Positions 1 through 9,106 of a DNA stretch of 64,000 bases are shown one piece after another (within the stretch, counting starts at the first letter, position 1; every line of letters starts with the position of its first letter). The notes below the pieces were generated by a model. That model had not been told where the DNA came from. It did not search any database and saw only the letters and a list, made by a program, of their open reading frames with translations. Both the position numbers and the translations under genes were made by a program. The stretch covers positions 17 to 64,016 of the forward strand of contig CAMEJH010000004.1 in NCBI GenBank assembly GCA_945919455.1, read 5' to 3'. The stretch comes from an uncultured Clostridium sp. (GTDB lineage Bacteria > Bacillota > Clostridia > TANB77 > CAG-508).

Positions 1-44
1 TCATTGTTGGAAACAATACATATTGTTCTTGCTTCGAGCATAAG

Positions 45-76
45 AAAAATACCAGTTGAAAGGCTGGTATTTTTTC
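45..76. terminator. Bidirectional stem-loop (aataccag / ctggtatt) with A-run upstream and T-run downstream
   Basis: An 8-bp inverted repeat at 48-55 and 64-71 is flanked by A and T runs. It lies just 3' of the minus-strand ORF ending at 109. Confidence 0.5.
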
Positions 77-108
77 TTTGAAAATGTGACAGGAAACGGG
101 TATAAGTA

Positions 109-1221
109 TTATAGTGAGTGCAATTTGTCTAAAGATTTTTGTAGTTTTTTAATTCCGTATTTTTTAATTTCAGAATGTTTAACTAACTTAACAATTTTAT
201 CAATATCTTCATCGTACTTATTGATTTTATTATATTCATCTACTAATTGTTGATGTAAGTCGAGAATTTTTCTGTATTTACATCTATATTTTTCTCGCTT
301 TTTCTCCTCTTGACAATCATCACAATATTTTTGTTTATTACTTGAAATTTCAAAAATATTTCCACATATGCAACAGCTCTTATATATCTTATTTTCAATA
401 TCTTGACATATTAATAATTTCATTTTATGCCAAGCAGCACTCAAAATATTTGAATAATATCGAACTACTCTTATATGATTAGTCTGATTTATATTAAAGT
501 TTCTCAAATTCTCTTTAAATTTTAAATCTGGTTCTGTAATATGTTTTTCAGCTAGATTAATTATATTGATTATGTCATCAAATGTACATCTAACATTTTG
601 GCATTTTATCATTTTTTCAATATAATCTAAATGTTTCTGTTCATTTTGACTTATACATTTATCATACTGTTTTAATTTAAGCAAATCTGTTATATCTAAA
701 AGAGCATAAATAGCAATACTAATATCTATAAATGGTAACAAACTTGATTCAGCATATTCTCCAATTGGTCCAATAGCGTTTTGAAACGGCATACCATTTT
801 CGTGTAGCCATTTCAGTAAGATAGGCTTGGCTTTATCAAGTTTGTCTTTATCTATTCTATGTAATATTATTGACCCACTAAAGACACTAAATCCTGTTAT
901 TGTTGACTTGTTCTGTTCTAATATGGCATCGTAGAATATTCTTGTGAGCTGTCTACCTAGTTTAGCAACACATTTTATCACTTCAAAATCGTTATAACAT
1001 TTATAATATTTGTCATCAAAAAAGAAATCTGTTGTTCTTTGTGTTTCATCAGTTAATATTGGTTCCTTTCCTATTACTGCATATCCACCACGAGATTTTT
1101 TTACAATTATTTCATAATTTTCATATCGCATAGTATTCAAAACAAATACAGTTGATGAACTTACATCATTATTCACAAATCGTTTATTATTAATTTTTTT
1201 TAATTCCTCCATAATTCCCAC
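109..1221 (-). CDS. Hypothetical protein with C-terminal Cys-rich (CCICG...CDDC) zinc-ribbon-like segment; island cargo
   Basis: 370-aa ORF with GGAGG-type RBS (ggaattatggaggaatt). No recognisable catalytic motifs apart from the CxxC...CxxC cluster. Confidence 0.6.
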   Translation of the reverse strand: MGIMEELKKINNKRFVNNDVSSSTVFVLNTMRYENYEIIVKKSRGGYAVIGKEPILTDETQRTTDFFFDDKYYKCYNDFEVIKCVAKLGRQLTRIFYDAILEQNKSTITGFSVFSGSIILHRIDKDKLDKAKPILLKWLHENGMPFQNAIGPIGEYAESSLLPFIDISIAIYALLDITDLLKLKQYDKCISQNEQKHLDYIEKMIKCQNVRCTFDDIINIINLAEKHITEPDLKFKENLRNFNINQTNHIRVVRYYSNILSAAWHKMKLLICQDIENKIYKSCCICGNIFEISSNKQKYCDDCQEEKKREKYRCKYRKILDLHQQLVDEYNKINKYDEDIDKIVKLVKHSEIKKYGIKKLQKSLDKLHSL

Positions 1222-1290
1222 CTTTAGAGATACTTTTTATTATGGGAATTATACCTTATAATTAAGAAAAAGTCAAGTTGGAGGTAGAAA

Positions 1291-2271
1291 ATGAAAAAAC
1301 AAATCAATGTTGTTTATAACCCTGTAATAATTGGACTTTTTTCATACAGTAATTCCCATATAACTGCTAGAACTATTAATGGAGTACAGTATTTAGTAAA
1401 TGAAAAACAATTAAGAAAAGCAAGAATATCACTAAGGGCAAAAATACCTATTGCAGATTTGCTTGTTGATAATGGGATATATGACTTTAATGATTTAGCA
1501 GTAGAAAAACAAGAAGAAATAAAAGCTAAACTAATGGACAAATTAACATTTTCAGCACAAGAGATTTATATGTTTTGTTGTTTATTAGATTTGTACTTGA
1601 GTAACTATCCTAAAATAGACTTTACTCATATACATAGCAATATTCGTTCTTTAGGAAGACTAGACTTAGGAAATGAACGAGATTTTAAAACTTTATATGC
1701 GTATAAAAATGCAATAAAAAAGTTAAAAAATAAAATTCTTCGAGTAGAAATAGAACAATGTAACCCAAGAATATATGGCGTCAGCAATAAAAACTTTACT
1801 CAAAATCTTTTGCTTCTTGAAGAAGATAGATTTAATTTGGGTAATCTTGCATATTTAATCAGTTTGTCTGAACAATACTCAGATGAATATATGCCACAAG
1901 AAATATTTGATTGTAGATTAAATCAAATGAGCAAATTTCTACTAGCCTACATCATTAGTTACGAAATTTATTCTTACAAAAGGAATAACCCTCATATCAA
2001 ATATTATGAGGTAAAAATGCAAACTTTAATGAAGAAGATACCCTATTTTAGAAAAAATGGCACTAATTCAAATATGAATATGTATCAATATATACAATCT
2101 TCTAAAAGTAAAACACAAATCATCAATAGATTTTATAGGAATTGTATAGAAATTTTGGATATTTACACAGACAACAATATTATTTCTTCTTATTATATAA
2201 CACCTAATTTACGAAATGTTAGTGTTAAGGATTTTGAGAAAATAAAGTTTTGTGTGAATTTACTAGGGTAA
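1291..2271 (+). CDS. Hypothetical protein (possible replication initiator of the island; weak)
   Basis: 326-aa ORF preceded by ggaggtagaaa RBS, divergent from the 109-1221 ORF. No motif I can name with confidence. Confidence 0.55.
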   Translation: MKKQINVVYNPVIIGLFSYSNSHITARTINGVQYLVNEKQLRKARISLRAKIPIADLLVDNGIYDFNDLAVEKQEEIKAKLMDKLTFSAQEIYMFCCLLDLYLSNYPKIDFTHIHSNIRSLGRLDLGNERDFKTLYAYKNAIKKLKNKILRVEIEQCNPRIYGVSNKNFTQNLLLLEEDRFNLGNLAYLISLSEQYSDEYMPQEIFDCRLNQMSKFLLAYIISYEIYSYKRNNPHIKYYEVKMQTLMKKIPYFRKNGTNSNMNMYQYIQSSKSKTQIINRFYRNCIEILDIYTDNNIISSYYITPNLRNVSVKDFEKIKFCVNLLG

Positions 2272-2354
2272 AATATTTGGATAATAGCCAAAAGCTAAGG
2301 CACATAAAGGTTACAGCATAATAAAGTAGTTAAGTATAAGAAAGAAGGAGATTT

Positions 2355-3848
2355 ATGAAAGAAGATAAAAATGAGATAATAGCAATAGAAAATATTGAGA
2401 ATAAAATAGATGACATAGATTTAGTGATTTTTTTAGTTGAACTAGCTACATTAAATCTAAAGCAATATAACGATAGGCTTTACTCTGCTTTTCTCAGATT
2501 AGAGGAGTTAAACATTCTAAAAAAAGATGAAAAAAAGTGGATAAATCATTTAGTAAATGATTACGATACCCAAATAAGATTTTCAAGTTTAGATGTATTA
2601 GAAAAACTTAAATATGTCACTCTAACAGATTACAAAAAGAAGAATATAGAAACAATGTATAATAGAAATGGTTATTTAATAGAAGAAATGTTGAACAACA
2701 TTATTTCGGCTAGAATAGTTGATAATTTCGTAAAAGAAAATAAAATTGAAGAACATCTTGAAAATTCTTCTGTTTCATTAGATTTAATATACAAAGTTGT
2801 AGATTTCAAAAATGAATTATTGCAATTTAGTTCTGAAAATATACAAAATGATTTTTGTGATGATGTAAATCTATATACTGGTATCAAATATATTGACAGA
2901 CAATATAGTAAAATTTCTCCTGGTAGCATTGTTAGTATAATCAAAAATAAAAACTGTAGTAACTTTATAGAGGCTTCTATCATTTATAATAACATCTCAA
3001 GAGAAAAGAAGAATATTTGTGTTATGACTTCTAGTTGGACTACAAAAGATATTATAGCCAAAATATTAGTGCTACATTCACAAACTCTTGATGATGAAAA
3101 GAAGTTATCTTATAAAGATATACATAACAATAAAGAAGATGTGCAGAAAATATACGAAGTTTATCAAGATTTTATGGGAAAATATGGCTCAAATTTACAG
3201 GTTTATTGTAATACATCATTAAGAATTTTCAATATAGGAAGCTTTAGAAATTTAATAGTAACTGCTAATCAAGTTTTTAAAAATACAACCGGTCATTCTA
3301 TGGATATACTTGTTATTGATATGATTGATAATTTTAGATTTGAAGAAAAAGGAGTTATAGAATGCAACACAGATAAAATCATAAAACAATATTGCAATTT
3401 AATAATTAGAGAAGTTAAACTTTTTAATGAAAATGGCAATAACAAAATGATAGCAATTATTTCTACTAATATTGCTAGTAGAGAAACATATTCTCACCTA
3501 TCTCTTGAATTTGATTTAAAAAATAATGAGAACTATCGAGATTTTAAGGTAGGAGCAGATATATTAGAAAAATATTCTGATTTAGTTTTAGTTATAGCAT
3601 CTAACAATATAAGAAAAGACTATAAAAAATTATATGGTGACTTTCAAATTATAAAAACTCGTGATTCTTTTTCAATGGAAGAACCTATACCAATGACAAT
3701 TTCTTTAATTGATTGTAGTATAACATATCATAAATTTCTAGAAGAAAGTTTTGATAGCGAATTACGATTAAATAATATGTCCGAATTTTATTCGCAGAAT
3801 TTCTTTCCTACTCTTTCAAGTAGTCCAAAGAATTTAAAAAGTACATAG
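2355..3848 (+). CDS. DnaB-family helicase-like protein with degenerate Walker A / catalytic motifs
   Basis: 497-aa ORF with RBS aggagatttATG. The C-terminal half follows the DnaB RecA-fold order by eye: YTGIKYIDRQ...ISPGSIVSII, then KNKNCSNF where GKT is expected, ILVIDMID as Walker B-like, and AIISTNIASRE where QLNR is expected. Confidence 0.5.
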   Translation: MKEDKNEIIAIENIENKIDDIDLVIFLVELATLNLKQYNDRLYSAFLRLEELNILKKDEKKWINHLVNDYDTQIRFSSLDVLEKLKYVTLTDYKKKNIETMYNRNGYLIEEMLNNIISARIVDNFVKENKIEEHLENSSVSLDLIYKVVDFKNELLQFSSENIQNDFCDDVNLYTGIKYIDRQYSKISPGSIVSIIKNKNCSNFIEASIIYNNISREKKNICVMTSSWTTKDIIAKILVLHSQTLDDEKKLSYKDIHNNKEDVQKIYEVYQDFMGKYGSNLQVYCNTSLRIFNIGSFRNLIVTANQVFKNTTGHSMDILVIDMIDNFRFEEKGVIECNTDKIIKQYCNLIIREVKLFNENGNNKMIAIISTNIASRETYSHLSLEFDLKNNENYRDFKVGADILEKYSDLVLVIASNNIRKDYKKLYGDFQIIKTRDSFSMEEPIPMTISLIDCSITYHKFLEESFDSELRLNNMSEFYSQNFFPTLSSSPKNLKST

Positions 3849-3931
3849 TTATAAAAAATTGTAATTCAAGAATAAAATTGAAGTTAAATATAAAGCACTT
3901 TTGTGCCTAAAAATTATAGGAGGAAAATATA

Positions 3932-4084
3932 ATGAATAATAAAGAAAAGAATAACCAAATCACAGGAAAAATCGAACGCGGAATAAGTAAAAGAAAAATG
4001 GTAAACACAATATCCAAAAATATCAACTTACTAGATTTTTTATATAGACTTTTGAACGGAGAGTATAAAGATAGAAAGCGGTAA
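3932..4084 (+). CDS. Small basic hypothetical protein (50 aa)
   Basis: ATG preceded by taggaggaaaatata. The stop lies 1 nt before the TTG start of the next ORF, suggesting coupling. Not in the ORF track because it is under 60 aa. Confidence 0.4.
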   Translation: MNNKEKNNQITGKIERGISKRKMVNTISKNINLLDFLYRLLNGEYKDRKR

Positions 4085-4085
4085 A

Positions 4086-4517
4086 TTGTTCACCAAATTT
4101 AACAATTTAGTAAGAGATATTGGGAGTTATGAAGATTATGACTCTATATTCTATAAATTAATTTGCTTTAATGAATTCAAACTACCAATATTATTGTTAG
4201 AAAAAGATTATAGTTATGGCGAATTATCTTTTATGTATAAGAGTTCTCTTGAATTTCAAGCATTTATAGAGCAATATATGGGAATTTCTATATACAGACT
4301 ATCACAAAGGAATACCAAAAAAAAATATATAACTTTGGAGCTCTGTGGATTTGTTCAATTAGTTCGTAAAAATGATATATCTGATATTCCAAACTCATCT
4401 AATAATATTCTGCTTCTTGAAATGGAAAAATATTTTGCAGACATTCAATATATAGCAAAAACGCATAGACTTTCTGAATATATTAGTGAGTGTATTACCA
4501 GAAATGACAAATTTTAG
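4086..4517 (+). CDS. Hypothetical protein (island)
   Basis: 143-aa ORF with TTG start immediately after the small ORF. No recognisable motif. Confidence 0.45.
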   Translation: MFTKFNNLVRDIGSYEDYDSIFYKLICFNEFKLPILLLEKDYSYGELSFMYKSSLEFQAFIEQYMGISIYRLSQRNTKKKYITLELCGFVQLVRKNDISDIPNSSNNILLLEMEKYFADIQYIAKTHRLSEYISECITRNDKF

Positions 4518-4623
4518 AAACAGTTAGCAAGAAGTTTTGAAATTAAAGTTTTAAAATCAATTTATGGAAATGTTAGTTTATTCTAGCATTTCCATACAAA
4601 AAACGAAAGGAAGTGTATTTGTT

Positions 4624-4980
4624 ATGACAATAACAGCAAACAATATATCAATAGTATCAGTCGCAGTTGCTGAGACTATAAAACAATTACAAGAAAATAA
4701 CTTGTTAAAAGGAACTACTGAACAAAACGAAAAAAGAGAACTACTATCAGTAAAAGAAATAGTAGACCTCTACCCTAACTTGTCAGAAAGTTCTATAAGA
4801 GAAGCCATAAATGGTATGGGCTTAAAATACATCAAAATGGGCAAAATTCTAGTTGATAGAAAAGACTTAGAAGAATTTTTAGACAAGCAAAAACAAGCTG
4901 AAATTCCACTTATTGACCAAGTATCAAGTAAATTCAACGAGGTTAATATAAATGGAATAATCAATAAAAATGCAATGTAG
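4624..4980 (+). CDS. Excisionase-family / MerR-type helix-turn-helix DNA-binding protein
   Basis: The segment LLSVKEIVDLYPNLSESSIREAINGMGLKYIKMGKILVDRKDLEEFL is typical of excisionase-type HTH proteins. It sits directly upstream of the integrase. Start moved to the internal ATG at 4624 (aaggaag RBS). Confidence 0.6.
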   Translation: MTITANNISIVSVAVAETIKQLQENNLLKGTTEQNEKRELLSVKEIVDLYPNLSESSIREAINGMGLKYIKMGKILVDRKDLEEFLDKQKQAEIPLIDQVSSKFNEVNINGIINKNAM

Positions 4981-4990
4981 GAGGATAAAA

Positions 4991-6337
4991 ATGAAATTAG
5001 AATACAAACTTGATATAGATGATCATAAATATATTCAAACCATTGAAGATGGTAAAAAATATAGAATTGAAATTCCAACAGGTGTTAATATCTATGGAAA
5101 AAAGTCACGAGCAGTTGCAAGAGTAAATGGAACTTTTGATGTAGCATTAGCCAAAAGAAATGAAATGCTAAAAAATATTGCTAATGGCTCATATCAAGCT
5201 GACAAATCAATGACTTTTGGAGAATTGTGTAACTTTTTCTTAGAGGATAATCAACCCGTCTATGTATGGGAAAATGGAAAAAATGTTAAGAAAAGTGGTT
5301 TATCCTATGCCTCATTAAAAACATATAAAACATACATAAACAACTATCTAATACCGGGAATTGGTCATTTGAAAATTTGTAATATAACAAAAGATACTAT
5401 AGACCAACTATACAAAGCATTAGAATTATATTACAAAACCAAAAATGATACACATCTATCTCCGTGTACTATGGGACATATTCATTCTGATTTAAGGGCA
5501 ATATTGAATTTTGCATATAAGAAAGGACTTATAGAGAATAACCCTATTGAAAGACTTGAAGAACACCCTACTGTTAAATGCCCTGAAAGGCAATGCTATA
5601 ATCCTGAGCAATTAAAAGTAATATTAAATGCTGATATTACTATATCAAAGTTTGTAGGAAATCACGAATTTTATAAGAAAAGATTTAAGGCATTTACAAG
5701 AGTAGCTATATATGGTTGTTTAAGGCGTTCAGAAATATCTGGTCTTAATTGGGATGACATTATTGAAAATGACTATGCTCTAAAAATATCAAGAAGTGCC
5801 TCATCTGTTACTGGACAGGGTTTAACTTTATTGGAAACAAAAAACGAGTCAAGTGAAGATATTATCGTTGTTGGTAAAGATACCATTGATGCCCTATTAA
5901 AGTATAAAGAAGAAATTGAATTGATTTTTGGTGATGAAATGACAGGAAAAGGACAAGCCATATTCATATCTCAAAGTGGAAATAGACTTGCCCCTCAAGC
6001 ATTAAATGATATGTGGAATAATTACATAAATACAACTGATTTGCCAAAATACACATTACACGTTCTTAGACATAGTGGTGCAACTTATTTGTACAACTTA
6101 ACAAAAGACATTAAAGGAACATCAAAACATCTAAGGCACTCTAATACTTCCACTACTGAAGATGTTTATGTTCATAGTGATATAGATAATCAAAAACAAC
6201 TAATCTCGTTAATGCAACAAGGTTTAACTGATAAATTACAATCAAAATTAAATATAAATATTCCAAAAGAAGCATTAGACAAATTTATGGAAAAGTTTAT
6301 ATTAGAGTTTAGCAAAGAGTTTGTTGAAACAAGTTAG
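4991..6337 (+). CDS. int: Site-specific tyrosine recombinase (integrase)
   Basis: Catalytic signature CLRRSE (Arg), HVLRHSGATY (HxxR) and HSNTSTTEDVYVH (His, Tyr). RBS taggaggataaaaATG at 4991. The track ORF starts 21 nt earlier. Confidence 0.9.
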   Translation: MKLEYKLDIDDHKYIQTIEDGKKYRIEIPTGVNIYGKKSRAVARVNGTFDVALAKRNEMLKNIANGSYQADKSMTFGELCNFFLEDNQPVYVWENGKNVKKSGLSYASLKTYKTYINNYLIPGIGHLKICNITKDTIDQLYKALELYYKTKNDTHLSPCTMGHIHSDLRAILNFAYKKGLIENNPIERLEEHPTVKCPERQCYNPEQLKVILNADITISKFVGNHEFYKKRFKAFTRVAIYGCLRRSEISGLNWDDIIENDYALKISRSASSVTGQGLTLLETKNESSEDIIVVGKDTIDALLKYKEEIELIFGDEMTGKGQAIFISQSGNRLAPQALNDMWNNYINTTDLPKYTLHVLRHSGATYLYNLTKDIKGTSKHLRHSNTSTTEDVYVHSDIDNQKQLISLMQQGLTDKLQSKLNINIPKEALDKFMEKFILEFSKEFVETS

Positions 6338-6634
6338 TAATAAAAAGATATATCATACTATGATAACATTGTTCTAAAGTAATCCTCGTGTGAAATCGTT
6401 TGTGATTTTTTAGTGAAAAGTATAGACAAATTAAATTTGATATGCTATACTTCATTATACAAATTATGGGGATAGAACGAACAAGCTGGTGGTAAACTTG
6501 GTGGTATTTTTATTTGGAAATCCATTGAAAGTTGTCTGTCAGGAAACAATATATGGTCATACGATACTGCAAAGTATTGTAAATAAAGGGGTTCAGGGTT
6601 GGAGGTAAAATGGTTAGGAGCTACCGTATAAAAT

Positions 6635-6678
6635 CTCCAAAACCGCTTGTCTGGGTTCGAATCCTAGTACCCCTGCCA
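6635..6678 (+). pseudogene. 3' portion of tRNA-Trp (anticodon loop CUCCAAA through T-arm, acceptor 3' strand, G73, CCA) without a canonical 5' half
   Basis: ctccaaa-accgc-ttgt-ctggg-ttcgaat-cctag-tacccct-g-cca matches the 3' layout of bacterial tRNA-Trp as I recall it (E. coli, B. subtilis). The 5 nt upstream (aaaat) cannot pair with accgc, so no anticodon stem forms. Confidence 0.6.
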
Positions 6679-6682
6679 TATA

Positions 6683-6717
6683 AAAGAAGTTTAGATTATT
6701 TCTAAACTTCTTTTTTT
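6683..6717 (+). terminator. Rho-independent terminator after the tRNA-Trp fragment
   Basis: A 13-bp perfect stem (aaagaagtttaga / tctaaacttcttt) with a 5-nt loop, followed by a T-run. Confidence 0.75.
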
Positions 6718-6739
6718 ATTCATAATTGGAGGTGATCTT

Positions 6740-7315
6740 ATTAATAAAATTATTTGTAAACTAATAATTTTTTCTATTATTATTTGTATTTTTTTCATTC
6801 CAGTATTTGCAACAACAGAAATAACTCAATCTTCTGAACAAGGTAAATTAATTTTTTATGGAAATAAAAATTTTGCATGGCCAATACCTGGCTATACTTC
6901 TATTTCATCTCATTTTGGAAAAAGAATTGCCCCAACTTCTGGAGCATCTACATACCATAAGGGTATTGATATTCCTGCACCTGAAGGAACAAATTTGATT
7001 GCTACTTGTGATGGTATAATCACTTTTACAGGTTTTCTAGGTGGTGGTGGCTATACAATTACTCTTTCTACTCCCGATAAGTTAAAAATCTCTTATTGTC
7101 ATGTTTCTCCAGATTATATCGTTTCTGAAGGAAATTTTGTTTCACAAGGTCAAATAATAGGACAAGTTGGACCTAAATATGTATACGGAGTTTCTGGTAA
7201 TATATACACAGATTCCTCTGGGAATCCAACTAATGGTGCTACAACAGGTTGTCATTTACATATTGGTTTTAGGCTATCAGACAACTATGTAAATCCATTA
7301 GATTATTTACAATAA
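6740..7315 (+). CDS. Secreted M23-family (LytM/lysostaphin-type) metallopeptidase; probable non-ATG (ATT) start
   Basis: HKGIDI (HxxxD) and CHLHIG (HxH) motifs. The HxxxD motif and a signal-peptide-like segment (KLIIFSIIICIFFIPVFA) lie upstream of the first ATG at 6995, in the same open frame. GGAGG at 6728-6732 is 7 nt before ATT at 6740. Confidence 0.7.
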   Translation: MNKIICKLIIFSIIICIFFIPVFATTEITQSSEQGKLIFYGNKNFAWPIPGYTSISSHFGKRIAPTSGASTYHKGIDIPAPEGTNLIATCDGIITFTGFLGGGGYTITLSTPDKLKISYCHVSPDYIVSEGNFVSQGQIIGQVGPKYVYGVSGNIYTDSSGNPTNGATTGCHLHIGFRLSDNYVNPLDYLQ

Positions 7316-7358
7316 CTTAAATTTATGTTATTATATTACTACTTAAGGAGGTGCTCTT

Positions 7359-9062
7359 ATGGCCTTTGACGGAATTGTAGCAAAATCAATTGTTACAGAG
7401 TTAACAGATATTATAGGAAGTAAAATAGATAAAATATATGAACCTGATAGAAATACAATCATTCTTGGCTTATACACCCAAGGAAAGCATTTTGCTTTAA
7501 ATATATGTATAGATGCACATAATTGCAGAATTAATTTAACAACACATTCTAGAATAAATCCACTTGTTGCACCTAGTTTTTGCATGCTGCTTAGAAAACA
7601 TTTAATTGGTGGTATAATTTCAAACATATCTATGATTGGTCTAGAAAGACTTATAAATATTGAAATAAAAACAATAAATGAGTTTAATGAAATTGAAGAA
7701 AAAAACTTAATAGTTGAACTTATGGGAAGACATAGTAATATAATTTTAACTAATAAAAATAATATTATTGTTGATGCAATGAGGCATCTTGACTCTTCTA
7801 GCAATTCTTATAGAGATATCTTGCCATCTCGTACGTATACTTTTCCTAATTCTGATAAATTAGATTTTACTGCTTTAAAAGATTTTGATGATTTTTATAA
7901 TAATATATCAAATAAAGATGATGATCTAATCAAAACAATTGTTGATACTTTTACAGGTTTTAGTACATCTTTTGTAAAATCTGCTATTCAAAGTTGTAAA
8001 ATAGAGTCTAATTCAAAAAATGATTTAGAAAAACTTTATAATTATATAATTAATATTTTAAATAGTCCAAATAATTTATCTTTTAAAAAGATTTATAAAA
8101 ATGATAAAGTTTCAGATTATGTTTTAGCTTATGGAGGCTTAAGTGAAAAGTTTTCTTTGAATTTCTTTATAGATGATTTCTATTTTGAAAGAGAAACTTC
8201 TGAATCATTTATAAATTATAGAAATAGTATTCTAAAATTAATATTAGACATTCTAAAAAAATATAATAGTCGTCTAATTAGTATTAACTCTAAGCTTGAA
8301 GAGTGCAAGGAAATGGATAAATATAAATTATATGGAGAATTAATTACTGCTAATCTTTATCGTTTAAATGATAATCATTCTAGTCATATAGAATTAGAAA
8401 ATTATTATGATAATAATAAAATAATAGATATTCCTCTAGATATCAAATATTCTCCACAAACTAATGCAAAGAGGTATTTCAAAAAATACTCAAAATTGAA
8501 AAATGCTTACAAAATTGTATCTATTCAGAAAACAGAAACTGAAGCAGAGCTTAATTACATTGAAAGTATTGTATATGAGTTAGAAAATTGTTCAACTCTA
8601 GAAGAAGTTCAAGATATTTTTGAAGAAATTAGTGATAATATAGTTTTTAAGGAAAGAGTTAAAAAGAAAGAAAAGAAAAATAAAGTTTCAAAAAAGAAGA
8701 AAAAGTACATCTTTTCTCCTATAGAATATGATATTGATGGATATAAAATTTATGTAGGTCGTAATAATAAAGAAAATGATTGGCTTACATTTACTTTTGC
8801 TAATAAAGATGATCTTTGGTTCCATACCAAAGACATTCATGGAAGTCATGTTATATTAAAAGCAAATAATTCTATTAATAATGAAATATTGATAAAATGT
8901 GCACAAATTGCAGCAAAACATAGTAAAGCTAGTATTTCTTCTAATGTGCCAGTAGATTATTGTTATGTGAAGTTTGTAAAAAAGCCTAGTGGTTCCAAAC
9001 CTGGTATGGTTATTTTTACAAATAATAAAACTCTAAATGTTAATCCTCAAGATATAAAATAA
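7359..9062 (+). CDS. rqcH: Ribosome quality-control protein RqcH (NFACT / FbpA-like)
   Basis: N-terminus MAFDGIVAKSIVTEL...IDKIYEP and C-terminal DLWFHTKDIHGSHVILK (NFACT-R/DUF814) are typical. RBS aaggaggtg. Confidence 0.85.
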   Translation: MAFDGIVAKSIVTELTDIIGSKIDKIYEPDRNTIILGLYTQGKHFALNICIDAHNCRINLTTHSRINPLVAPSFCMLLRKHLIGGIISNISMIGLERLINIEIKTINEFNEIEEKNLIVELMGRHSNIILTNKNNIIVDAMRHLDSSSNSYRDILPSRTYTFPNSDKLDFTALKDFDDFYNNISNKDDDLIKTIVDTFTGFSTSFVKSAIQSCKIESNSKNDLEKLYNYIINILNSPNNLSFKKIYKNDKVSDYVLAYGGLSEKFSLNFFIDDFYFERETSESFINYRNSILKLILDILKKYNSRLISINSKLEECKEMDKYKLYGELITANLYRLNDNHSSHIELENYYDNNKIIDIPLDIKYSPQTNAKRYFKKYSKLKNAYKIVSIQKTETEAELNYIESIVYELENCSTLEEVQDIFEEISDNIVFKERVKKKEKKNKVSKKKKKYIFSPIEYDIDGYKIYVGRNNKENDWLTFTFANKDDLWFHTKDIHGSHVILKANNSINNEILIKCAQIAAKHSKASISSNVPVDYCYVKFVKKPSGSKPGMVIFTNNKTLNVNPQDIK

Positions 9063-9063
9063 G

Positions 9064-9093
9064 AAAAAAGCCTTAATTATATTAAGGCTTTTT
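9064..9093. terminator. Bidirectional terminator between rqcH and the convergent membrane-protein gene
   Basis: A 10-bp stem (aagccttaat / attaaggctt) with a 3-nt loop, an A-run before and a T-run after. Confidence 0.7.
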
Positions 9094-9106
9094 ATGTTAT
9101 ACTAAA

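Noticed and set aside
6468-6678. tmRNA (ssrA) as an explanation for an RNA-like region starting GGGG and ending in a T-arm plus CCA next to an integrase
   Set aside because: It is only ~210 nt. The end is ...CCCCUGCCA (G discriminator, Trp-like) rather than the ...CCACCA alanine-type acceptor. No tag reading frame or GGGG/CCCC acceptor pairing fits.
6587-6678. tRNA-Sec or another long-variable-arm tRNA (92 nt, G73)
   Set aside because: The extra nucleotides lie 5' of the anticodon loop, not in the variable arm. No UCA anticodon, no D-arm and no anticodon stem can be drawn.
6600-6717. T-box leader (taggagctaccgta resembles AGGGUGGUACCGCG, and a terminator follows)
   Set aside because: The UGGU bulge, Stem I features and specifier loop are missing. 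The downstream gene is a peptidase, not an aminoacyl-tRNA or amino-acid gene. The 3' part is explained better as a tRNA-Trp fragment.
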